Positions 1 to 12,300 of a DNA stretch of 64,000 nt are shown piece by piece. Source of the stretch: Phoronis australis (lineage: Eukaryota > Animalia > Phoronida); assembly GCA_002633005.1 (NCBI GenBank), contig NMRA01000889.1, positions 13,710 to 77,709 of the forward strand, in the 5' to 3' direction. The notes under the pieces are model-generated. The model was not told the origin of the DNA. It saw nothing but the letters and a program-made list of their open reading frames with translations, and searched no databases. The position numbers and the translations under genes were made by a program. The stretch's first letter is position 1; every line of letters begins with the position of its first letter.

Positions 1-252
1 TCCCAAACTAGAGAATTTTTACCATAACCAGTTGTCACGCATGCACTCAAAATGTTGTTCCCTCTCATATTTGTTTTCGTTTTCGGAGAGGTTTTTTTCA
101 GTTTTTTGTCTTGAATGCTGGAAACCATTCATGACTGCTCTCTTTTCCTTATCAAAGAAAGACTGTTTGAAGCTGCAGATAACTTGTTATTTCAGTTAAA
201 ACGAGTCGTTTATGATGTAAACTGATGAGTCGTTTATGATGTTACCGTGTAG

Positions 253-387
253 GTAAACAGGGGTGGAAGATGAACATGTTGGACCGTGGCGAGGCCATGG
301 CTATTGACCCAGATGGCCTGCTCTGCCAGAGCCGGGATCAGCGCGGATGGCATGGCACACGCTCTACAAAGGCTGTGACTGGCAGTG
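253..387 (+). CDS. DDX1: DDX1 exon (start of SPRY insert)
   Basis: tag|GT AAA CAG GGG TGG AAG ATG AAC... = [44 protein letters not shown]; donor gtaggt at 388. The acceptor is less certain than the donor. Confidence 0.9.
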
Positions 388-3300
388 GTAGGTGGTTACT
401 TTGGTCAGTGGTAGGTGGTGACTTTTGATCAGCCTGTTTTGTCTCCTGCAATAACTGACTGTCTTACTTTTTGGTAGTAACAAGTCATGGGAAAAATTTA
501 GTTTATGGAATATGGTAGTTTATGTTTTCCTGCTTTGTAAAGTGATCTTGAATTGCATAGTGTTTTTGTGTCGCGCTTCCAACACTTGGATGTTAAGTTG
601 CACTGCGGAACAACGTGATTACAAGCAGCTTCCCAAAGTTCACTCTTCTAATCTGTGAAATGATAAATTAGGATCAGAAACACACCCGTAACATTTGCTA
701 TGAGGGGAGGATGAAATACAAAATGTCGCTCTATCAACTTTGCCAACGTTATTCTATCAGTACCACAACCCACAATCATGGTACCCAACAGGCATTTCAG
801 GTTATGTAGGACCTAGAAAAATGTAAAATGGCCAAATTCAGAACAACATAACTCAGAAAAGACTGGTTGGATTTATATGGAACTTTCAGATACTATTCTT
901 TATGGACCGTTCTACTCAACGCTATTGGGAACTGTTTTAAAAACGTTCCATTTTTCTACGAAGGGTTATCTAAAATTGGACTTTTGTTGTTTTCATAAAA
1001 AACTCGACAGTTTTACAAAACGGAAATGAAATGATAATTTAGAAAATTGTAGAACTATTAGGATTTCATCTTGAACATTAATTTTATATTGTACAAAATT
1101 TGGCCATCTTCTTAATAACATTATTTTGTAATCGATGTACCTTAGGTTTTTGCTAATTTTACAAAAAGACATGGTTGCATGACCCAATTAATGTGAAGTC
1201 GATGAAAATTCAAAAATCAAACTCTATAGGATTTCTGCTTTCAGAAAGTGTATACTTTTGTTGGGTAAAAGCTAAATTTTTTGTGCTTATATGGCTAAGT
1301 ACACAAACATGGCTATATCTGATAAGGTCCTGCCGTACATAGCCTTAAAATATTAGTGAGAGCTTTGCAGTAGTTAAAAATTGCTCGTCGCACCATTCTC
1401 ACGATGTATTTGTATCAGGTAAATATTACTACGAGGCTACAGTCACAGATGAAGGACTATGTCGTGTTGGTTGGTCTACTGACAAAGGCACTCTAGAACT
1501 GGGTATCGACAAGTTTGGGTATGGCTTTGGTGGAACGGGCAAGAAGTCATTTGGTCGCCAGTTTGATGATTATGGAGAGGTAACGCATGTTATGGTAACA
1601 GATCTTGCTATGATTTGTTACTGGCATTTGACACTTTTATTGAGACGTACCCTAAAGTCTTAGCTGTGATTCGTTGAGTTGTGGTTATAATCTTTTTTCA
1701 GCTTTATTTTTTGTCATTTTTATGCGCCCACATATTTATATGTGGACGCATTATGCCGTCATCTCCGTCCGTCTGTCCGGCGTCCGCTGCTCTCCAAAAC
1801 GGCTGGACGTATGTTCATGAAATTTTGGACATGTGTTTCTTGCGTGGATGGGACGGCATGAGCGACCTTTCGGACGGATCCGACTACCGGTGTGCCCCCT
1901 AGTGGCAATTTTAGTTTTTTACATTTACCTTCAAAAGTCCTGATCGGATAAAATTTGGTGTATACGCATCTATGAGTGAGATGACGCTATCCTCTCGTTT
2001 TCGGATGGATTCTACGTAGTTTGCGCCACGTAGTGGCCATTTTTACTGTTTTTGAGTCTGTTTTTTTTGCGTCCACCCCTCTATCAACCAAACTGCTCAT
2101 AGGATGATTGTGAAATTGGCATGTATGTTTTTACTATGAATTGGACGGCTGACGATTATTTTCCGACAACTTCGACTACTGTGGCGCCTCCTAGTGGCAG
2201 TTTTTTGTGCTCATGGCTGTATCTCCTAAACCGTTTGCAGGATCTTTACTTAATTTAACATGTGTATTTATATGATGTTGACAACGGACGATGACGACTT
2301 TCAAACGGATCTGACTACTGGTGTGCCCCCTGATGGCAATTTTAGTTTTTTACATTTACCAGTCTGTATCTTCAAAGGTCCTCAACAGATTTTCATGAAA
2401 TTTTGAATATAGGCATCTGTTGGTGAGATGATGCTATTATCCTATTTTTGGATGGAATCGAGGTATTTTGCACCAATAGTGGTCGTTTTTGCTGTTTTCA
2501 AATCTTGTTTTTGGCGTCCACCCCTCTATCAACCAAATCATTCCAGGGATGGTTTTGAAAATTGCTGTATATGTTTTCAGTTTGAAGAGGACGTTTGATG
2601 ATGGCGACTGACTACTGTGGCACCTCCTAGTGGTAGTTTTGTTTTGTTTTGCGCCCATAGCTATATCTCCTAAGCCCACTGCAGGATCTTTATTAAATTT
2701 AGTAAGTGTATTTATATGAAGACTTTCAGGTGGATCCAAAGGACCCTGTGCCCACAAGTGGCAATTTCATTTTATTCTGTTTTTCTTTTTTTCTCTGAAG
2801 ATACTTGACAGATTTTTATGAAATATGGCATGTTCTCGTTTTTGGATAGATTGTAGGTTTTTGCGCCATCTAGTGGCCATGTTTATGATACAAATAAATA
2901 ACCCTAAAAGCACACCATCTGTGTTGCATTCGTGGGCACATTTCAACACTCTGTGTTGCTCTTGTTTCTGTTTTCATTGTCACTTGGATGATGTTTTTTG
3001 AGTTTCAACAATACTCGACGTCAACCTTTCGTTCTAAAAAGTAGTGCTGTCTGTGATTTTGTTTCAGCCGTTCGGAATGCATGATGTGATCGGCTGTATG
3101 TTAGATTTGGACAACAATATCATCAAGTGGTCCAAGAATGGTAAGAGGATTGAGCTGAACATGTCAGTTACACTTTAATGGTTGCAAATATTATTCATCC
3201 ATAGTAATAATGATCTAACAGCATTCTCCTTATAATTCCAAATACTGTAGTCCATGATAGTACGGAGAATGGCACTTATGTCAAAATGCGTCCCGAGTAC

Positions 3301-6300
3301 AACCCAGGTTGAGAGCCATGACAGAGCGGCTGGCAGACATCCCACTTTTACAGCCATAAAGTGGTGCATAACCTACATGTCAGGACACGGGGTTGGGAGA
3401 AATGGACATTTTTGAGAATTTCTGATGGCACACAAAAAATAACAGAGCGGCAGTTTCACACCAAATGTCTTATCGAGTTCGCCATACGCCTGAGGTCTAG
3501 GGCAACACGAAGTTTTGCCATGATCAGCGTAGCTGTCTCGTAGTCTTTGTGGTTGGTTACAAAATTTCACTTGGGGTATTTGAGTGTATAAGTACCCGAC
3601 CCAAAGGCATAACCTCTGGGATTAAGAACCATGCCGTACAGGTTCACCGACATCTCTCACAGAACATGACACTTGTGTAGAATAGAAATCATGAAGATAA
3701 CACAAAACAACATGTGTTTAACAAAATGGCTGACCACTGATTCTAGCGACAACTATTGGCTCGGTTAAACATTGCAACTTGTCTAATGAAACACTTTGCT
3801 GTATCACTGTATTTTACATTGCCACTGATTGTCAATCTTGATTCATCAATTTGGCTTGTCTGCATCTTAGCGTATATCTCACAAAACATACAGTTTAAGA
3901 AAGTAACCACATTGGAGTAGGGCTGGTCCCGCCACTGGAACTTTACTTGACACTCAGTTTGCTAATTGGCCAGTTGCACTGCATGAAATTGGAAATTTGT
4001 CTACTTCTGCTTGGTTACTTTTCAAGTCAAGTCATTATAAAGTTTAGTGGTAGTGAGTCCCAGAGTACATACTCTAAGGCTTGTAGCTTGCCAGTTTGGC
4101 GATGTTGTGGAAGATCACGCTAGTGAAAGGCGAGGTCTCCAGAGTTTCAGCATGAAGGGTGCGACCTAACAATTGAACGAATGGTGGCTACTGAAAGCGA
4201 TTGTTTAGCTAGGCATCAATTTTGATTTATTTACTGGAACAAAAACTCACAGTTTCTTTTGCATATGCCAAGGTTTCTGGTTGTAAATAAAGTCAATAAG
4301 TCTGATCTCAAGCAATGGTGAGCAGCCTGTCAGTTTTGTATGAGCAATTGTGGTCTGCGCAAGGAATTTGTCGAAGTGAGTTATAGTGATCTTATACTAG
4401 AGTTTATATTTTTGACAGATTGCAGGTGCGTAGCAGCCTCAGGTAATTAATTGAAGGCCATTTTACTAATTTTTGTGCAAATGAAATGTGTTTTCTTAGT
4501 TTTACCTGTAAACCTTTACTCTTCCTTTGCAGGCAGCGACTTGGGTAAAGCCTACGACATTCTACCCCATCTGAGCAATGCCAACTTTTACGCAGCTGTC
4601 GTCCTAAAGAATGCCGAGATGTCGTTTAATTTTGGCGGGACTCCGTTGAAGTATACACCCAAGGTAAAACTTGACACAACTCGACCTAGTATAAGGAAAC
4701 AAAAAAATTTATTGCCGTCTTATTTCTTAAGGACTATTCAAGAAAGAGTAATGTCTGTGAATGAAATTGTTTGCTGGATTCCGTTTTTAGTGAAACCGTG
4801 ATGGCACGACTTTCTTCCAAAGTAAAGCTCTCTCTGGATACATGAATTTGTCGTCGCAATTGTGTCCTCCATGAGAAGGCTGCTACTTCACGGTTTCCTC
4901 AAATGCTAATTTTGTTGACCATTATAGGGTTACACTCCCCTATCTCAGGCTGCCAAACAGTTCACAGTTGACTCCACCGTCTGTGGTGTGTCGGTTGGCC
5001 CTACCAAGGCTGCTCCCAATGCACCATACGCAGTTATCATTGAGGTAAGGACTTCTTTGTGACCACAGTTCCCATTCTTTGACATATTTGCTGTATTTAC
5101 ATGCTGAAATTTTGCAACTACATTCAATTTGTACTTTCCAAAACTTCTGGACAGATCATTGGCAATTGTTTTCCAAACACATAGCAAGTCTGACATCATC
5201 ATCAGAATAATTGCAGTATGCTGTAACAGGTAACTTTCGAAGTAGCCGTGCCATTTTGAAATTCAGATGGTGATCAAGTCTTTGTTGGGCAAGTGTTCAG
5301 TGCCACATACAGATGCTATGTAATGTGGATGTGAGGTTTCAACCTACTGGTATATAAAGTGTTTTCACCTTTCCTGCCATTACAGTTCTTGTAAATTTTC
5401 TCTGCTGTGTGGTGAAATTTACTAATGTCTTATGAAAAAGGCTAACCTTTTGAAATGTCAATGGATGAATAAGGACATTGTATTCCATACATTTCCCACT
5501 GCGAAGAATATACTAATAAAACAATGAGAGGGGCTGACAGTGGAATATATTCTTATGCTTTTAAATTAATGAACAATTATTAGTAATTGAGTTTTTGTCC
5601 ACCAAATATGAGTCAGGATCAATGGGAAGTCGCTTTCCTGCTCTCATTATACTAGAGAGCGCCAACGTGAAAAGTCCCGTATCGTTGATGTCATACCCAC
5701 TGTTTGATGGCAATATACTCATTTGTGATGATGTACTCATTTGTGATGATGTCATACTCTTTTCTGACGATGTCGTACTTATTTGTGATGACGTCAAACT
5801 CATTTCTGATGATGTCATACTCATTTCTAATGATGTTAAACTCATTTCTGATTATGTCTGACTCATTTCTGGTGATGTCATACTCATTTCTGACGATGTC
5901 ATACTCATTTCTGATGATGTCAAACTCATTTCTGATGATGTCATACTCATTTCTGACGATGTCATACTCATTTCTGATGATGTCAAACTCATTTCTGATG
6001 ATGTCATACTCATTTCTGACGATGTCATACTCATTTCTGACGATGTCATACTCATTTCTGATGATGTCAGACTCATTTCTGATGATGTCATCCTCATTTC
6101 TGATGATGTCATACTCATTTCTGATGATGTCATACTCATATCTGATGATGTCATGCTTTGCAGAATGATCTCACTACTTTACTTTTAATGACCATTTGCT
6201 GTCCTACTAAAAACATTTACATGAAAATTGTAGCATTTTGTGTCAGTTTAAATCATTGGTTTTATTTTTTATGAGCAAGACTGTAAAGTTATCTTTTAAT

Positions 6301-9300
6301 TATTTCTTCTTTTTCAGCCATCCAGGGAGTTAGCAGAGCAGGTAATCTTGATTATCTAAAATCTGCAAAATGCGAGTTACTATTGGCTTTTGTGTTACCA
6401 GTTGTTATAATTGTTTTTTAAGCGTTTCCTGGCTTTTGAGGAACAACAACTTGCTTAGTTTAAATACAGCATAATCTCAAAGTAATCAAAACATGTTCAA
6501 AGTTACAACAGCATGTTCATGACTATGTTAACAACTATGTGCTCATCCAAAGTTATAACACCATGTTCATCTTAACAACTCTGTGCTCATCAGAGGAAAA
6601 ATGTTCTAAATCACTACAAATGGTCAATGATGCAGCGGTATGCCTGGAGTATGAAATCACAATATGGTGGTCAAGTGAACTTATTTGACTTGATCAAAAA
6701 TGTTTTAATAAAGATAATTATTATGGATTGTACTGTGAAGATGTTGTTAAACGGTATTTGGTAAGTTTCCAGTATTTACAGCAATGTGATCAACCTTTGA
6801 AAAATAGAAAAAACAACCATTTTGACTATTATTTTGTGTGAAAATTAGTGAAGAATTACTGTTCAACAACAATATGCTTAGATATAAACAACATGCTGAG
6901 AGCAACAAATAATAGCATGCCAAAAATGTTTTCTGTGTAAGAATAAAGTGTTCCAAATATATTACAGTTCATTATATTTAGTCTCTTGTCTTTTCATCCA
7001 CCAAACAGTTTCTCATTGTCACCATTCTTATATCCCAATTCTTTTTTGACTGGTGATTTCAGACTCTGGTACAGATCCAAAAATTCAAGAAGTATTTAAG
7101 CAATCCAACTGTCAGGTATGTAATTGTTCTGTTTTATGAGCTCGTCCAGTGCTGATTGCCTGATTACTGAAGAGCCACCCACCTAGTGACATAGGATGTA
7201 TGTAGTGACAAAGACTTTGAGCTCCCCTGTCGTATAACTGGGTTCACTCCATGTATTCATTAGTTCACTGGTCTTAATTACATGACTTGACCCTTGGTTT
7301 TCATACGCCAACATTCGATGTGGGTGATAATTGCTGTCATCTCTGTGCTGCGTCTGTTCATCCGGTGTCTGGAATTGTATCTCCTGTTGTAGGAGGTTCT
7401 TGAAATTTGACAATTATGTTAACTTTGTATTAACATGTAAGTATCACCTGCCAATAGACCTGATGACTGTTGTGTCTCCTACAGTTAGTGGCTTTCATTT
7501 TTCACTTCTGCGGATCCGCTTAATTTTGAAGGATTGTTATGAAATTGGGCGGATAAGTTCATATCTTGCAAGTGATAAGGTGAAATAGATAACAAGCACT
7601 TTGGCACTAATTGGTGTCATGTTTACAATATATAGAGACATCCAAATGTTTTGAGTGGAAACAAAACATACTAGTAAGGTGAAGTTTCCAGTCATGCTAA
7701 GCATCAGAGTCTAAATGAGCAACAGAGCAGTGTTGTATCATTGTTTTCAGTCATGATGTTTTGAGTTAAAATGACTCTGTATATAATTTTCTTTCATTAA
7801 ACGTGGCCTAAAGTGGGGGTGTTATCAAGAAGATAATAGATGAAATAACGTTTTGGAGGGATCTGACTGCTGCAGCGCCACCTAGTGACAAAATTTGAAT
7901 GTTGTTGGTTGCCTATTGTTTGTTAAGAAGTTAGTGGGGAGCTGTCAAAATTGACACTGACGAATAAGAACATGTGGCTTCCTCGTTCAATGCGAATCCT
8001 TCCCATAATTCTCAGCTGTTGTATGCCCTGGCCTAATTTTCAGACATCCATGAAAGGTCAGTCGCGATGTGTGTTGTTTGAACCATTGTCTATGTATTTG
8101 GAAGTAGTATCTTGTCTTATTTATTATTAACAACCATTTTATTTCAGGGAACTTCTCATTATTGGCGGTGTTAGTGTGAATGAACAAGTGGAGAAGCTTA
8201 ATCAAGGGGTAGGTTAAAGAATTTTAAAGTACAAAAAGTAATTCCCTTTTTGAGCCGTCAGGTTTCTCAAGCATAAGCAGATGAGTTTTTCAACTTCCCA
8301 TGGACAGGACCCTAGTCCTTCGTAATCTTGTCTACGGCTACTGGAGTCCCTCTCTGGCGTGATTCTATATAGTGTATTTAAGATGTGTTCTCAAAAGAAG
8401 GAGATGATCTCCCCTGATTTATGGCATGCCCAATGTGAATGATAGCGATGTTCCTCTTGAGAACTTCCAGTGCTTTATTAACAGGTGGACATTGTGGTGG
8501 GTACCCCTGGGCGTATGGAGGATCTCATCTCGACTGGCAAGTTGGCCTTGTCTCAAGTTCGATTCTTTGTGCTTGACGAAGCAGTAAGTCACTTTCACGC
8601 TTTTTCTTCGCAGTTGTGTCGCTCACACTGATAGTATTGTAAAGCAGATAACAAGACGTCTCTTGTCAGAGTAAAACAAATGTGGAAATCCACATGTGGT
8701 CTTTTGTAAGAGGGTTTATCATGTGGTCTTTTGTAAGAGGGTTTATCAAAAACAGAAAAGTTAAGTTTTGGTAAAAATGGTCTAAACTTTCAAGATCATG
8801 ATTTTAATAAGTATGTTAATTAATAGAAAATTGTTTTAACACATGATTCATCTTAGTTTGTTGTTTCAGTAATGACTCTTATTGAGTGAGTGAATGAATG
8901 TCAGTGAGTGACAGGTGACTACATGTGTATGAGTGGCAGCTGTGTAACTTCTATGTGAGATTACCATTTGCTGTATTTGCGGTAAATGTATTTCTGTTGT
9001 TGAAATAAATTTTAAAAAGTTACAGTTGTAATGTTCATCAGTATTGTCTTTGTCCAATTATTTCGCAGTATAGCAGTAATTTGTTGGTTTGTATCACCCC
9101 CTACAGGATGGTTTATTATCCGCTGGGTACACGGAACTGATCAACCGTGTCTATCAGCAGATTCCGAAAGTGACCAGTGATGGCAAGCGGCTGCAGATGG
9201 TCGTCTGCTCTGCCACACTTCACTCACCTGATGTCCGAAGATTGGCCGTAAGTTTCCAGTGAATATATAATAAATGTTTAGTGAAAACCATGTGGCAACC

Positions 9301-12300
9301 CATTTGCTTAAATTGTTTCACCACCATTATGCCCGGGTAAATTATGAAGTTTGAAATTTTTATGCACCCACATATTTATAAGTGGATGCATTATGCCGTC
9401 ATCTCCGTCCGTCCGTCCGGCGTTCATTGCTCTATCTCCAAAACCGATTGACGTATGTTCATGAAATTTTGCTCATGTGTTTCTTTCATGGATGGGACGG
9501 CATGAGTGAACTTTTGAACGGATCCAACTACTGGTGTGCCCCCTAGTGACAAATTTAGTTTTTTACGTTTAGCTCTGTCTCTTCGAAGGTCCTCAACATA
9601 TTTGCATAAAATTCGGTATATAGGCATCTATTAGTGATGCAACGGTATCCTCCCGTTTTCGGATGGATTTGGTGTAGTTTGCGCCACCTAGTGGCCATTT
9701 TTACTGTTTTCGCATCTGTTTTTGATGTCCACCCCTGTATCAGCCAAACCGCTCTAATCATGATTGTGAAAATTAGCACGTACGTTTCTACTATGAAGAG
9801 GACGGTTGACAATGATTTCCGACGACTTCGAGTACTGTGGCGCCTCCTAGTGGCAGTTTTGTTTTTTTGTGCCTATGGCTATATCTCCGAAACCGTTTGC
9901 AGCATCTTTACTAAATTTAGTAAGTGCATTTATATGATGTTGACAATGGACGACCACTACTTTCGGACAGATCTGACGACTGCTGTGCCACCTATTGGCA
10001 ATTTTATTTTTTATGTTTACCTCTCTATCTTCAAAGTACCTAAACATAATTTCATAAAATTTGGCTTCTGTAAGTGAGGTGACGCTATCTCTCCCTTTTC
10101 AGATGGATTCGACCTAGTCTACGCCACCTAGTGGCCATTTTTACTGTTTTCTAGGCTGTTTTTGGGGTCCACCCCTCTATCAACCAAACCGCTTTCAGGA
10201 AATATTGAAAATTGGCATGTATGTTTTTACTATGAAGTGGACGGCTGACTATGATTTTCTGATGACTTCGAGTACTGTGGCACCTCCTAGTGGCAGTTTC
10301 TTTTTTGCGCCCATGGCTGTATCTCTTAAACTGTTAGCAGGACCCTTACTAAATTTAAGAAGTGTGTTTATATGATGTTGACAACGGACGACGATGATTT
10401 TGGGATGGATTTGACTACTGGTATGCCCCCTGGTGGTAATTTTAGTTTTAGGTTTACTTCTGCATGTTCAAAGGTCCTGAACAGATTTTCATAAAATTTT
10501 GAATACGGGTATCTATTGGTTAGATGATGCTGTCGTCCTGTTTTCGGATGGAATCATGGTATTTTGCGCCACCTAGTAGACATTTTTGCTGTTTTTGAGT
10601 CTGTTTGTTGGCGTCTTACCTCTCTAACAACCAAATCATTCTAAGGATGGTTTTGAAAATTGGCGTATATGTTCTCAGTGTGAAGAGGATGGTTGATGGT
10701 GACGACTTTGACTACTCTGGCGCCTCCTAGTAGTAGTTTTGTTTTGTTTTGCGCCCATAGTTGTATCTCCTAAATCCACTGCAGGATCTTTCATCAATTT
10801 TGTAAGTATATATATGAAGCTAACAACAGACAATGACGACTTTCAGGCGGATCCAATGAACACTGTGCCCCCTAGTGGCAATTTCATTTCATTTTATTCT
10901 ATTCTGTTTTCCTTTGTTTCTCTGAAGCTCCGTGACATATTTCTATGAAATTTGTTGTATAGCTTTCTATTAAAGAAGCAATGACATGTTTACGTTTTCG
11001 GACGGATTGTTTGTTTTTGCGCCATCTAGTGGCCATTTTTATGACACAAATAAGCAACCCCAAAAGCACACCATTTGCAAGGTATTGGTGGGCGCATTTC
11101 AACGCTCTGCGTTGCTCTTGCATTATTCATTATTCGATTCATAGTTTCATTGTACATAGAATGCTTACATTTCATTAGCTCGTCGTGCTTGTGTATGTCA
11201 AATGTATTATTATTATTGATTGCAATTACTGTAAAATGTCACCAATTTAGGACACGTGAAATTTCATTTTTTCATTTTGAAATGAAAGGTATGCACTACC
11301 AAATGACATTTTTCCATTTTCAAACTGTGTATCGCAGCTACCGCCAGACAATATTTTGAAAATTTATGGGCATATGCAACAATATAATTAGAAGTTTTTG
11401 AAAAACGAATAAAGGGCAATTTTGGAATTTTCCTTTTCGAAATTGGTGAGATTTTACCATATGTATTAAAACTTAAACCCAACGTATAATGATCCGCAGT
11501 GCAGCATAAAGCTTGGTCGTCAACCAGGGCCCGTGATTACCAAACTTTGCTCAGACCTTAAATTACTCAGTTTTTTCTCCAAACTGTATTTCCTTGAGTA
11601 ATACTCAAAAAAATGGTGTCCACCAAACTTAACTCTAGTCATTTCAAGGCGTACTCAGACTCAAGTTGAGTTGCCGTAGAAGTCTTCTGTGCTATAAAAC
11701 GAGGAAAGTAAAATGTCAGCAATTTGAAACCCAGCGCCCTCTACAGCCTATTCAAGGAATTTAGTGTTATGTGGTAAAGTTAGTGTGAAAATGTCCATTG
11801 TTGTCTGCCAGTTTTTTTGAATAAGTGGAAGAGTGTGTACTTAGTGAATGAGTATTTAGTTACTCACACTGATGGTAATTTCATTAAATAACAGTATAAC
11901 CGCTGCCTACGATAAGGTATCGAATTGTGAACTTAAAGTAATTGGATACCTTTCTTACTGAGGATTGAGTTTCTTGAATTACTTATTAAGTGTTAATAGT
12001 AGACGCATAAAAACTATGTACTTTTAAAATCTTTTTATGATCCCTGAAACTTATTATGTATATGAAAACAATGCCCAGCTTTTCGTTAAAGGTGATGGCC
12101 ACCTTTTTTCAAGTCATTTTCAGTAAAAATATGGTTTGTTGATTATCTCAGACATATTTTTCAGTTAATTACAACTTTTTGTAATTTAATTAATTACTCG
12201 TCCTCTACTCTGGAAGTGATGTTTAGGGAGTCAAGAATTACGCGCCAATTTGGTACCGCGTTCAACTTTACTGTGAGGATCTGTACTACTGTTCTTTTTG

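Noticed and set aside
5561-6168. Repetitive ORFs (SEMSMTS / SFLMMSY / ISDDVIL)
   Set aside because: Translation artefacts of a 21-bp minisatellite that is open in several frames on both strands inside a DDX1 intron
8387-8464. Intronic stem GTTCTCAA/TTGAGAAC as a possible snoRNA
   Set aside because: No properly placed C/D or H/ACA boxes
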